A DNA stretch of 64,000 bases from Balanoglossus misakiensis (taxonomy: Eukaryota; Animalia; Hemichordata): assembly GCA_040954595.2 (NCBI GenBank), contig CM082590.2:3162001-3226000 (forward strand). Reading direction: 5' to 3'. Positions within the stretch are counted from its first letter, which is position 1, and every line of letters starts with the position of its first letter. A model generated the notes under the pieces. The model worked only from the letters and a program-made list of their open reading frames with translations, did not search any database and was not told where the DNA came from. Position numbers and translations under genes: made by a program. Of the stretch, positions 39,801 to 54,700 are shown one piece after another.

Positions 39801-42800
39801 GCCTCGTTTATTTACCGATTTCTGTTGTGAGGCGCAGAACACATAGATAGGCCAATGCGCATAAAAAAACTTTTCAACTTTAGATCAACGGATAGTTCAA
39901 AAATTTCCATGGTTGTTTCCAAACAGCCTCGTTTATTTACCGAATTCTGTTGTGATGCGTAGAACACATACATATGCCTATGCGCATAAGAAAGTTTTCC
40001 ACTAGACTCCGTAGATCGACGAATAGTTCTAAAATGTCCATGGTTGCTTCCAAACAAAGCCTGGTTTGTTTACAAAATTCTGTTGTGATGCGCAGAACAC
40101 ATAGATAGGCCTATGCGCATATGAACGTTTTCCACTATACTCTGTAGATCGAGAGTTAGTTCTAAAATTTCCATGTTTGCTTCCAAACAGCCTCGTTTAT
40201 TTACGGAATTCTGTTGTGAGGCGCAGAGCACGTAATAGGCCTATGCGCATAAGAAAGTTTTCCACCAGACTCTGTAGATCGACGGATAGTTGTAAAATTT
40301 CCATGGTTGCTTCCAAACAGCCTCGTTTATTTACCGATTTCTGTTGTGATGCGCAGAACACATAGATAGGCATATGTGCATAATAAAGTTTTCCACTAGA
40401 CTCTGTAGATCGAGAGATAGTTCTAAAATTTCCATGGTTGCTTCCAAACACAGCCTCGTTTGTTTACAAAATTCTGTTGTGATGCGCAGAACACATATAT
40501 AGGCCTATGCGCATAATAACGTTTTCCACTAGACTCTGTAGATCGACGGATAGTTGTAAAATTTCCATGGTTGCTTCCAAACAGCCTCGTTTATTTACCG
40601 AATTCTGTTGTGAGGCGCAGAACACATAGATAGGCATATGTGCATAAGAAAGTTTTCCACTATAGACTCTGTAGATCGAGAGATTGTTCTAAAATGTCCA
40701 TGGTTGCTTCCAAACACAGCCTCGTTTGTTTACAAAATTCTGTTGTGATGCGCAGAACACATATATAGGCCTATGCGCATAAGAACGTTTCCACTAGACT
40801 CTGTAAATCGACGGATAGCTGTAAAATTTCCATGGTTGCTTTTAAACAGCCTCGTTTATTTACCGATTTCTGTTGTGAGGCGCAGAACACATAGATAGGC
40901 ATATGTGCATAAGAAAGTTTTCCACTATAGACTCTGTAGATAGTTCTAAAATGTCCATGGTTGCTTCCAAACACACCCTCGTTTATTTACCGATTTCTGT
41001 TGAGATGCGCATAACACATAGATAGGCCTATGCGCATAAGAACGTTTTCCACTAGACTCTGTAGATCGACGGATAGTTGTACAATTTCCATGGTTGCTTC
41101 CAAACAGCATCGTTTATTTACGGAATTCTGTTGTGAGGCGCAGAACACGTAATAGGTCTATGCGCATAAGGAAGTTTTCCACCAGACTCTGTAGATCGAC
41201 GGATAGTTGTTAAATTTCATGGTTGCTTCAAAATACAGCCTCGTTTATTTACCGATTTCTGTTGTGATGCGCATAACACATAGATAGGCCTATGCGCATA
41301 AGAACGTTTTCCACTAGACTCTGTAGATCGACGGATAGTTGTACAATTTCCATGGTTGCTTCCAAACAGCCTCGTTTATTTACCGATTTCTGTTGTGAGG
41401 CGCAGAACACATGATAGGCCTATGCGCATAAGACATTTTTCCACTAGACTCTGTAGATCGACGGATAGTTCTAAAATGTCCATGGTTGCTTCCAAACAGC
41501 CTCGTTTATTTACCGAATTCTGTTGTGAGGCGCAGAGCACGTAATAGGCCTATGCGCATAAGAAAGTTTTCCACCAGACTCCGTAGATCGACGGATAGTT
41601 GTAAAATTTCCATGGTTGTTTCCAAACACAGCCTCGTTCATTTACAAAATTCTGTTGTGATGCGCTGAACACATACATATGCCTATGCGCATAAGAAAGT
41701 TTCCCACTAGACTCTGTAGATCGACGGATAGTTCTAAAATTTCCATGATTGCTTCCAAACACATCCTCGATTGTTTACAAAATTCTGTTGTGATGCGCAG
41801 AACACATATATAGGCCTATGCGCATATGAACGTTTTCCACTATACTCCGTAGATCGACGGATAGTTCTAAAATTTCCATTGTTGCTTCCAAACAGCCTCG
41901 TTTATTTACCGAATTCTGTTGTGAGGCGCAGAACACGTAATAGGCCTATGCGCATAAGAAACTTTTCAACTTTAGATCGAGAGATAGTTCTAAAATTTCC
42001 ATGGTTGTTTCCAAACACAGCCTCGTTCATTTACAAAATTCTGTTGTGATGCGCTGAACACATACATATGCCTATGCGCATAAGAAAGTTTCCCACTAGA
42101 CTCTGTAGATCGACGGATAGTTCTAAAATTTCCATGATTGCTTCCAAACACATCCTCGATTGTTTACAAAATTCTGTTGTGATGCGCAGAACACATATAT
42201 AGGCCTATGCGCATATGAACGTTTTCCACTATACTCCGTAGATCGACGGATAGTTCTAAAATTTCCATTGTTGCTTCCAAACAGCCTCGTTTATTTACCG
42301 AATTCTGTTGTGAGGCGCAGAACACGTAATAGGCCTATGCGCATAAGAAACTTTTCAACTTTAGATCGAGAGATAGTTCTAAAATTTCCATGGTTGTTTC
42401 CAAACACAGCCTCGTTCATTTACAAAATTCTGTTGTGATGCGCTGAACACATACATATGCCTATGCGCATAAGAAAGTTTCCCACTAGACTCTGTAGATC
42501 GACGGATAGTTCTAAAATTTCCATGATTGCTTCCAAACACATCCTCGATTGATTACAAAATTCTGTTGTGATGCGCAGAACACATAGATAGGCCTATGCG
42601 CATATGAACGTTTTCCACTATACACTGTAGATCGAGAGATAGTTGTAAAACTTCCATGTTTGCTTCCAAACAGCCTCGTTTATTTGCGGAATTCTGTTTT
42701 GAGGCGCAGAACACATAGATAGGCATATGTGAATAAGAAAGTTTTCCACTATAGACTCTGTAGATCGAGAGATAGTTGTAAAATTTCCATGGTTGCTTCC

Positions 42801-45800
42801 AAACAGCCTCGTTTATTTACCGATTTCTGTTGTGAGGCGCAGAACACATAGATAGGCCTATGCGCATAAAAAACTTTTCAACTTTAGATCAACGGATAGT
42901 TCAAAAATTTCCATGGTTGTTTCCAAACAGCCTCGTTTATTTACCGAATTCTGTTGTGATGCGTAGAACACATACATATGCCTATGCGCATAAGAAAGTT
43001 TTCCACTAGACTCCGTAGATCGACGAATAGTTCTAAAATGTCCATGGTTGCTTCCAAACAAAGCCTGGTTTGTTTACAAAATTCTGTTGTGATGCGCAGA
43101 ACACATAGATAGGCCTATGCGCATATGAACGTTTTCCACTAGACTCTGTAGATCGAGAGTTAGTTCTAAAATTTCCATGGTTGCTTCCAAACAGCCTCGT
43201 TTATTTACGGAATTCTGTTTTGAGGCGCAGAACACATAGATAGGCATATGTGCATAAGAAAGTTTTCCACTATAGACTCTGTACATCGAGAGATAGTTCT
43301 AAAATTTCCATGGTTGCTTTCAAACACAGCCTCGTTTGTTTACAAAATTCTGTTGTGATGCGCAGAACACATATATAGGCCTATGCGCATAAGAACGTTT
43401 TCCACTAGACTCTGTAGATCGACGGATAGTTCTAAAATTTCCATGGTTGCTTCCAAACAGCCTCGTTTATTTACCGAATTCTGTTGTGAGGCACAGAACA
43501 CATAGATAGGCCTATGTGCATAAGAAAGTTTTCCACTATAGACTCTGTAGATCAAGAGATAGTTCTAAAATGTCCATGGTTGCTTCCAAACACAGCCTCG
43601 TTTGTTTACAAAATTCTGTTGTGATGCGCAGAACACATATATAGGCCTATGCGCATTATAACGTTTTCCACTAGACTCTGTAGATCGACGGATAGTTGTA
43701 AAATTTCCATGGTTGCTTCCAAACAGCCTCGTTTATTTACCGAATTCTGTTGTGAGGCGCATAACACATAGATAGGCATATGTGCATAAGAAAGTTTTCC
43801 ACTATAGACTCTGTAGATCGAGAGATAGTTCTAAAATGTCCATGGTTGCTACCAAACACAGCCTCGTTTGTTTACAACATTCTGTTGTGATGCGCAGAAC
43901 ACATATATAGGCCTATGCGCATAAGAACGTTTCCACTAGACTCTGTAGATCGACGGATAGCTGTAAAATTTCTATGGTTGCTTCCAAACAGCCTCGTTTA
44001 TTTACCGATTTCTGTTGTGAGGCGCAGAACACATGATAGGCCTATGCGCATGAGACATTTTTCCACTAGACTCTGTAGATCGACGGATAGTTGTAAAATT
44101 TCATGGTTGCTTCCAAATACAGCCTCGTTTATTTACCGATTTCTGTTGTGATGCGCATAACACATAGATAGGCCTATGCGCATAAGAACGTTTTCCACTA
44201 GACTCTGTAGATCGACGGATAGTTGTACAATTTCCATGGTTACTTCCAAACAGCCTCGTTTATTTACCGATTTCTGTTGTGAGGCGCAGAACACATGATA
44301 GGCCTATGCGCATAAGACATTTTTCCACTAGACTCTGTAGATCGACGGATAGTTCTAAAATTTCCATGGTTGCTTCCAAACAGCCTCGTTTATTTACCGA
44401 ATTCTGTTGTGAGGCGCAGAGCACGTAATAGGCCTATGCGCACAAGAAAGTTTTCCACCAGACTCTGTAGATCGACGGATAGTTGTAAAATTTCCATGGT
44501 TGCTTCCAAACAGCCTCGTTTATTTACCGATTTCTGTTGTGATGCGCAGAACACATAGATAGGCATATGTGCATAATAAAGTTTTCCACTAGACTCTGTA
44601 GATCGAGAGATAGTTCTAAAATTTCCATGGTTGCTTCCAAACACAGCCTCGTTTGTTTACACAATTCTGTTGTGATGCGCAGAACACATATATAGGCCTA
44701 TGCGCATAATAACGTTTTCCACTAGACTCTGTAGATCGACGGATAGTTGTAAAATTTCCATGGTTGCTTTCAAACAGCCTCGTTTATTTACCGAATTCTG
44801 TTGTGAGGCGCAGAACACATAGATAGGCATATGTGCATAAGAAAGTTTTCCACTATAGACTCTGTAGATCGAGAGATAGTTCTAAAGTGTCCATGGTTGC
44901 TTCCAAACACAGCCTCGTTTGTTTACAAAATTCTGTTGTGATGCGCAGAACACATATATAGGCCTATGCGCATAAGAACGTTTCCACTAGACTCTGTAGA
45001 TCGACGGATAGCTGTAAAATTTCCATGGTTGCTTTTAAACAGCCTCGTTTATTTACCGATTTCTGTTGTGAGGCGCAGAACACATAGATAGGCATATGTG
45101 CATAAGAAAGTTTTCCACTATAGACTCTGTACATCGAGAGATAGTTCTAAAATGTCCATGGTTGCTTCCAAACACAGCCTCGTTTATTTACCGATTTCTG
45201 TTGTGATGCGCATAACACATAGATAGGCCTATGCGCATAAGAACGTTTTCCACTAGACTCTGTAGATCGACGGATAGTTCTAAAATTTCAATGGTTGCTT
45301 CCAAACAGCCTCGTTTATTTACCGAATTCTGTTGTGATGCGCAGAACACATGATAGGACTATGCGCATAAGAAATTTTGCCACCAGACTCTGTAGATCGA
45401 CGGATAGTTGTAAAATTTCCATGGTTGCTTCCAAACAGCATCGTTTATTTACCGAATTCTGTTGTGAGGCGCAGAACACGTAATAGGTCTATGCGCATAA
45501 GGAAGTTTTCCACTAGACTCTGTAGATCGACGGATAGTTGTACAATTTCCATGGTTGCTTCCAAACAGCCTCTTTTATTTACCGATTTCTGTTGTGAGGC
45601 GCAGAACACATGATAGGCCTATGCGCATAAGACATTTTTCCACTAGACTCTGTAGATCGACGGATAGTTCTAAAATTTCCATGGTTGCTTCCAAACAGCC
45701 TCGTTTATTTACCGAATTCTGTTGTGAGGCGCAGAGCACGTAATAGGCCTATGCGCATAAGAAAGTTTTCCACCAGACTCCGTAGATCGACGGATAGTTG

Positions 45801-47749
45801 TAAAATTTCCATGGTTGCTTCCAAACAGCATCGTTTATTTACCGAATTCTGTTGTGAGGCGCAGAACACGTAATAGGTCTATGCGCATAAGGACGTTTTC
45901 CACGAGACTCTGTAGATCGACGGATAGTTGTACAATTTCCATGGTTGCTTCCAAACAGCCTCTTTTATTTACCGATTTCTGTTGTGAGGCGCAGAACACA
46001 TGATAGGCCTATGCGCATAAGACATTTTTCCACTAGACTCTGTAGATCGACGGATAGTTCTAAAATTTCCATGGTTGCTTCCAAACAGCCTCGTTTATTT
46101 ACCGAATTCTGTTGTGAGGCGCAGAGCACGTAATAGGCCTATGCGCATAAGAAAGTTTTCCACCAGACTCTGTAGATCGACGGATAGTTGTAAAATTTCC
46201 ATGGTTGCTTCCAAACAGCCTCGTTTATTTACCGATTTCTGTTGTGATGCGCAGAACACATAGATAGGCATATGTGCATAATAAAGTTTTCCACTAGACT
46301 CTGTAGATCGAGAGATAGTTCTAAAATTTCCATGGTTGCTTCCAAACACAGCCTCGTTTGTTTACACAATTCTGTTGTGATGCGCAGAACACATATATAG
46401 GCCTATGCGCATAATAACGTTTTCCACTAGACTCTGTAGATCGACGGATAGTTGTAAAATTTCCATGGTTGCTTTCAAACAGCCTCGTTTATTTACCGAA
46501 TTCTGTTGTGAGGCGCAGAACACATAGATAGGCATATGTGCATAAGAAAGTTTTCCACTAAAGACTCTGTAGATCGAGAGATAGTTCTAAAGTGTCCATG
46601 GTTGCTTCCAAACACAACCTCGTTTGTTTACAAAATTCTGTTGTGATGCGCAGAACACATATATAGGCCTATGCGCATAAGAACGTTTCCACTAGACTCT
46701 GTAGATCGACGGATAGCTGTAAAATTTCCATGGTTGCTTTTAAACAGCCTCGTTTATTTACCGATTTCTGTTGTGAGGCGCAGAACACATAGATAGGCAT
46801 ATGTGCATAAGAAAGTTTTCCACTATAGACTCTGTAGATCGAGAGATAGTTCTAAAATGTCCATGGTTGCTTCCAAACACAGCCTCGTTTATTTACCGAT
46901 TTCTGTTGTGATGCGCATAACACATAGATAGGCCTATGCGCATAAGAACGTTTTCCACTAGACTCTGTAGATCGACGGATAGTTCTAAAATTTCAATGGT
47001 TGCTTCCAAACAGCCTCGTTTATTTACCGAATTCTGTTGTGATGCGCAGAACACATGATAGGACTATGCGCATAAGAAATTTTTCCACCAGACTCTGTAG
47101 ATCGAGAGATAGTTCTAAAATGTCCATGGTTGCTTCCAAACAGCCTCGTTTATTTACCGAATTCTGTTGTGATGCGCAGAACACATGATAGGACTATGCG
47201 CATAAGAAATTTTTCCACCAGACTCTGTAGATCGAGAGATAGTTGTAAAATTTCCATGGTTGCTTCCAAACAGCATCGTTTATTTACCGAATTCTGTTGT
47301 GAGGCGCAGAACACGTAATAGGTCTATGCGCATAAGGAAGTTTTCCACTAGACTCTGTAGATCGACGGATAGTTGTACAATTTCCATGGTTGCTTCCAAA
47401 CAGCCTCTTTTATTTACCGAATTCTGTTGTGAGGCGCAGAACACGTAATAGGTCTATGCGCATAAGGAAGTTTTCCACTAGACTCTGTAGATCGACGGAT
47501 AGTTGTACAATTTCCATGGTTGCTTCCAAACAGCCTCTTTTATTTACCGATTTCTGTTGTGAGGCGCAGAACACATGATAGGCCTATGCGCATAAGACAT
47601 TTTTCCACTAGACTCTGTAGATCGACGGATAGTTCTAAAATTTCCATGGTTGCTTCCAAACAGCCTCGTTTATTTACCGAATTCTGTTGTGAGGCGCAGA
47701 GCACGTAATAGGCCTATGCGCATAAGAAAGTTTTCCACCAGACTCCGTA

Positions 47750-50700
47750 GATCGACGGATAGTTGTAAAATTTCCATGGTTGTTTCCAAACACAGCCTCG
47801 TTCATTTACAAAATTCTGTTGTTATGCGCTGAACACATACATATGCCTATGCGCATAAGAAAGTTTCCACTAGACTCTGTAGATCGACGGATTGTTCTAA
47901 AATTTCCATGATTGCTTCCAAACACATCCTCGATTATTTACAAAATTCTGTTGTGATGCGCAGAACACATAGATAGGCCTATGCGCATATGAACGTTTTC
48001 CACTATACACTGTAGATCGAGAGATAGTTCTAAAACTTCCATGTTTGCTTCCAAACAGCCTCGTTTATATGCGGAATTCTGTTTTGAGGCGCAGAACACA
48101 TAGATAGGCATATGTGAATAAGAAAGTTTTCCACTATAGACTCTGTAGATCGAGAGATAGTTGTAAAATTTCCATGGTTGCTTCCAAACAGCCTCGTTTA
48201 TTTACCGATTTCTGTTGTGAGGCGCAGAACACATAGATAGGCCTATGCGCATAAAAAACTTTTCAACTTTAGATCAACGGATAGTTCAAAAATTTCCATG
48301 GTTGTTTCCAAACAGCCTCGTTTATTTACCGAATTCTGTTGTGATGCGTAGAACACATACATATGCCTATGCGCATAAGAAAGTTTTCCACTAGACTCCG
48401 TAGATCGACGAATAGTTCTAAAATGTCCATGGTTGCTTCCAAACAAAGCCTGGTTTGTTTACAAAATTCTGTTGTGATGCGCAGAACACATAGATAGGCC
48501 TATGCGCATATGAACGTTTTCCACTATACTCTGTAGATCGAGAGTTAGTTCTAAAATTTCCATGTTTGCTTCCAAACAGCCTCGTTTATTTACGGAATTC
48601 TGTTTTGAGGCGCAGAACACATAGATAGGCATATGTGCATAAGAAAGTTTTCCACTATAGACTCTGTACATCGAGAGATAGTTCTAAAATTTCCATGGTT
48701 GCTTCCAAACACAGCCTCGTTTGTTTACAAAATTCTGTTGTGATGCGCAGAACACATATATAGGCCTATGCGCATAAGAACGTTTTCCACTAGACTCTGT
48801 AGATCGACGGATAGTTCTAAAATTTCCATGGTTGCTTCCAAACAGCCTCGTTTATTTACCGAATTCTGTTGTGAGGCACAAAACACATAGATAGGCCTAT
48901 GTGCATAAGAAAGTTTTCCACTATAGACTCTGTAGATCGAGAGATAGTTCTAAAATGTCCATGGTTGCTTTCAAACACAGCCTCGTTTGTTTACAAAATT
49001 CTTTTGTGATGCGCAGAACACATATATAGGCCTATGCGCATAAGAACGTTTTCCACTAGACTCTGTAGATCGACGGATAGTTGTAAAATTTCCATGGTTG
49101 CTTCCAAACAGCCTCGTTTATTTACCGAATTCTGTTGTGAGGCACAGAACACATAGATAGGCCTATGTGCATAAGAAAGTTTTCCACTATAGACTCTGTA
49201 GATCGAGAGATAGTTCTAAAATGTCCATGGTTGCTTCCAAACACAGCCTCGTTTGTTTACAAAATTCTGTTGTGATGCGCAGAACACATATATAGGCCTA
49301 TGCGCATAATAACGTTTTCCACTAGACTCTGTAGATTCGACGGATAGTTGTAAAATTTCCATGGTTGCTTCCAAACAGCCTCGTTTATTTACCGAATTCT
49401 GTTGTGAGGCGCAGAACACATAGATAGGCATATGTGCATAAGAAAGTTTTCCACTATAGACTCTGTAGATCGAGAGATAGTTCTAAAATGTCCATGGTTG
49501 CTACCAAACACAGCCTCGTTTGTTTACAAAATTCTGTTGTGATGCGCAGAACACATATATAGGCCTATGCGCATAAGAACGTTTCCACTAGACTCTGTAG
49601 ATCGACGGATAGCTATACAATTTCCATGGTTGCTTCCAAACAGCCTCGTTTATTTACCGATTTCTGTTGTGAGGCGCAGAACACATGATAGGCCTATGCG
49701 CATAAGAAAGTTTTCCACCAGACTCCGTAGATCGACGGATAGTTGTAAAATTTCCATGGTTGTTTCCAAACACAGCCTCGTTCATTTACAAAATTCTGTT
49801 GTTATGCGCTCAACACATACATATGCCTATGCGCATAAGAAAGTTTCCACTAGACTCTGTAGATCGACGGATAGTTCTAAAATTTCCATGATTGCTTCCA
49901 AACACATCCTCGATTATTTACAAAATTCTGTTGTGATGCGCAGAACACATAGATAGGCCTATGCGCATATGAACGTTTTCCACTATACACTGTAGATCGA
50001 GAGATAGTTCTAAAACTTCCATGTTTGCTTCCAAACAGCCTCGTTTATTTGCGGAAATCTGTTTTGAGGCGCAGAACACATAGATAGGCATATGTGAATA
50101 AGAAAGTTTTCCACTATAGACTCTGTAGATCGAGAGATAGTTGTAAAATTACCATGGTTGCTTCCAAACAGCCTCGTTTATTTACCGATTTCTGTTGTGA
50201 GGCGCAGAACACATAGATAGGCCTATGCGCATAAAAAACTTTTCAACTTTAGATCAACGGATAGTTCAAAAATTTCCATGGTTGTTTCCAAACAGCCTCG
50301 TTTATTTACCGAATTCTGTTGTGATGCGTAGAACACATACATATGCCTATGCGCATAAGAAAGTTTTCCACTAGACTCCGTAGATCGACGAATAGTTCTA
50401 AAATGTCCATGGTTGCTTCCAAACAAAGCCTGGTTTGTTTACAAAATTCTGTTGTGATGCGCAGAACACATAGATAGGCCTATGCGCATATGAACGTTTT
50501 CCACTATACTCTGTAGATCGAGAGTTAGTTCTAAAATTTCCATGTTTGCTTCCAAACAGCCTCGTTTATTTACGGAATTCTGTTTTGAGGCGCAGAACAC
50601 ATAGATAGGCATATGTGCATAAGAAAGTTTTCCACTATAGACTCTGTACATCGAGAGATAGTTCTAAAATTTCCATGGTTGCTTCCAAACACAGCCTCGT

Positions 50701-51700
50701 TTGTTTACACAATTCTGTTGTGATGCGCAGAACACATATATAGGCCTATGCGCATAAGAACGTTTTCCACTAGACTCTGTAGATCGACGGATAGTTCTAA
50801 AATTTCCATGGTTGCTTCCAAACAGCCTCGTTTATTTACCGAATTCTGTTGTGAGGCACAGAACACATAGATAGGCCTATGTGCATAAGAAAGTTTTCCA
50901 CTATAGACTCTGTAGATCGAGAGATAGTTCTAAAATGTCCATGGTTGCTTTCAAACACAGCCTCGTTTGTTTACAAAATTCTTTTGTGATGCGCAGAACA
51001 CATATATAGGCCTATGCGCATAAGAACGTTTTCCACTAGACTCTGTAGATCGACGGATAGTTGTAAAATTTCCATGGTTGCTTCCAAACAGCCTCGTTTA
51101 TTTACCGAATTCTGTTGTGAGGCACAGAACACATAGATAGGCCTATGTGCATAAGAAAGTTTTCCACTATAGACTCTGTAGATCGAGAGATAGTTCTAAA
51201 ATGTCCATGGTTGCTTCCAAACACAGCCTCGTTTGTTTACAAAATTCTGTTGTGATGCGCAGAACACATATATAGGCCTATGCGCATAATAACGTTTTCC
51301 ACTAGACTCTGTAGATCGACGGATAGTTGTAAAATTTCCATGGTTGCTTCCAAACAGCCTCGTTTATTTACCGAATTCTGTTGTGAGGCGCAGAACACAT
51401 AGATAGGCATATGTGCATAAGAAAGTTTTCCACTATAGACTCTGTAGATCGAGAGATAGTTCTAAAATGTCCATGGTTGCTACCAAACACAGCCTCGTTT
51501 GTTTACAAAATTCTGTTGTGATGCGCAGAACACATATATAGGCCTATGCGCATAAGAACGTTTCCACTAGACTCTGTAGATCGTCGGATAGCTATACAAT
51601 TTCCATGGTTGCTTCCAAACAGCCTCGTTTATTTACCGATTTCTGTTGTGAGGCGCAGAACACATGATAGGCCTATGCGCATGAGACATTTTTCCACTAG
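47750..51700 (+). repeat. 15-mer higher-order repeat of about 1980 bp, two copies
   Basis: The short variant monomer lies at 48253 and 50233. ORF-track offsets are 48243/50223, 48459/50439 and 49567/51546. Confidence 0.8.
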
Positions 51701-54700
51701 ACTCTGTAGATCGACGGATAGTTGTAAAATTTCATGGTTGCTTCCAAATACAGCCTCGTTTATTTACCGATTTCTGTTGTGATGCGCATAACACATAGAT
51801 AGGCCTATGCGCATAAGAACGTTTTCCACTAGACTTTGTAGATCGACGGATAGTTGTACAATGTCCATGGTTGCTTCCAAACAGCCTCGTTTATTTACCG
51901 AATTGTGTTGTGAGGCGCAGAACACGTAATAGGTCTATGCGCATAAGGAAGTTTTCCACCAGACTCTGTAGATCGACGGATAGTTGTAAAATTTCATGGT
52001 TGCTTCCAAATACAGCCTCGTTTATTTACCGATTTCTGTTGTGATGCGCATAACACATAGATAGGCCTATGCGCATAAGAACGTTTTCCACTAGAGTCTG
52101 TAGATCGACGGATAGTTGTACAATTTCCATGGTTGCTTCCAAACAGCCTCGTTTATTTACCGATTTCTGTTGTGAGGCGCAGAACACATGATAGGCCTAT
52201 GCGCATAAGACATTTTTCCACTAGACTCTGTAGATCGACGGATAGTTCTAAAATTTCCATGGTTGCTTCCAAACAGCCTCGTTTATTTACCGAATTCTGT
52301 TGTGAGGTGCAGAGCACGTAATAGGCCTATGCGCATAAGAAAGTTTTCCACCAGACTCTGTAGATCGACGGATAGTTGTAAAATTTCCATGGTTGCTTCC
52401 AAACAGCCTCGTTTATTTACCGATTTCTGTTGTGATGCGCAGAACACATAGATAGGCATATGTGCATAATAAAGTTTTCCACTAGACTCTGTAGATCGAG
52501 AGATAGTTCTAAAATTTCCATGGTTGCTTCCAAACACAGCCTCGTTTGTTTACAAAATTCTGTTGTGATGCGCAGAACACATATATAGGCCTATGCGCAT
52601 AATAACGTTTTCCACTAGACTCTGTAGATCGACGGATAGTTGTAAAATTTCCATGGTTGCTTCCAAACAGCCTCGTTTATTTACCGAATTCTGTTGTGAG
52701 GCGCAGAACACATAGATAGGCATATGTGCATAAGAAAGTTTTCCACTATAGACTCTGTAGATCGAGAGATAGTTCTAAAATGTCCATGGTTGCTTCCAAA
52801 CACAGCCTCGTTTGTTTACAAAATTCTGTTGTGATGCGCAGAACACATATATAGGCCTATGCGCATAATAACGTTTTCCACTAGACTCTGTAGATCGACG
52901 GATAGTTGTAAAATTTCCATGGTTGCTTCCAAACAGCCTCGTTTATTTACCGAATTCTGTTGTGAGGCGCAGAACACATAGATAGGCATATGTGCATAAG
53001 AAAGTTTTCCACTATAGACTCTGTAGATCGAGAGATAGTTCTAAAATGTCCATGGTTGCTACCAAACACAGCCTCGTTTGTTTACAAAATTCTGTTGTGA
53101 TGCGCAGAACACATATATAGGCCTATGCGCATAAGAACGTTTCCACTAGACTCTGTAGATCGACGGATAGCTGTAAAATTTCCATGGTTGCTTCCAAACA
53201 GCCTCGTTTATTTACCGATTTCTGTTGTGAGGCGCAGAACACATGATAGGCCTATGCGCATGAGACATTTTTCCACTAGACTCTGTAGATCGACGGATAG
53301 TTGTAAAATTTCATGGTTGCTTCCAAATACAGCCTCGTTTATTTAGCGATTTCTGTTGTGATGCGCATAACACATAGATAGGCCTATGCGCATAAGAACG
53401 TTTTCCACTAGACTTTGTAGATCGACGGATAGTTGTACAATGTCCATGGTTGCTTCCAAACAGCCTCGTTTATTTACCGAATTCTGTTGTGAGGCGCAGA
53501 ACACGTAATAGGTCTATGCGCATAAGGAAGTTTTCCACCAGACTCTGTAGATCGACGGATAGTTGTAAAATTTCATGGTTGCTTCCAAATACAGCCTCGT
53601 TTATTTACCGATTTCTGTTGTGATGCGCATAACACATAGATAGGCCTATGCGCATAAGAACGTTTTCCACTAGACTCTGTAGATCGACGGATAGTTGTAC
53701 AATTTCCATGGTTGCTTCCAAACAGCCTCGTTTATTTAACGATTTCTGTTGTGAGGCACAGAACACATGATAGGCCTATGCGCATAAGACATTTTTCCAC
53801 TAGACTCTGTAGATCGACGGATAGTTCTAAAATGTCCATGGTTGCTTCCAAACAGCCTCGTTTATTTACCGAATTCTGTTGTGAGGCGCAGAGCACGTAA
53901 TAGGCTTATGCGCATAAGAACGTTTTCCACCAGACTCTGTAGATCGACGGATAGTTGTAAAATTTCCATGGTTGCTTCCAAACAGCCTCGTTTATTTACC
54001 GATTTCTGTTGTGATGCGCAGAACACATAGATAGGCATATGTGCATAATAAAGTTTTCCACTAGACTCTGTAGATCGAGAGATAGTTCTAAAATTTCCAT
54101 GGTTGCTTCCAAACACAGCCTCGTTTGTTTACAAAATTCTGTTGTGATGCGCAGAACACATATATAGGCCTATGCGCATAATAACGTTTTCCACTAGACT
54201 CTGTAGATCGACGGATAGTTGTAAAATTTCCATGGTAGCTTCCAAACAGCCTCGTTTATTTACCGAATTCTGTTGTGAGGCGCAGAACACATAGATAGGC
54301 ATATGTGCATAAGAAAGTTTTCCACTATAGACTCTGTAGATCGAGAGATAGTTCTAAAATGTCCATGGTTGCTTCCAAACACAGCCTCGTTTGTTTACAA
54401 AATTCTGTTGTGATACGCAGAACACATATATAGGCCTATGCGCATAAGAACGTTTCCACTAGACTCTGTAGATCGACGGATAGCTGTAAAATTTCCATGG
54501 TTGCTTTTAAACAGCCTCGTTTATTTACCGATTTCTGTTGTGAGGCGCAGAACACATAGATAGGCATATGTGCATAAGAAAGTTTTCCACTATAGACTCT
54601 GTAGATCGAGAGATAGTTCTAAAATGTCCATGGTTGCTTCCAAACACAGCCTCGTTTATTTACCGATTTCTGTTGTGATGCGCATAACACATAGATAGGC

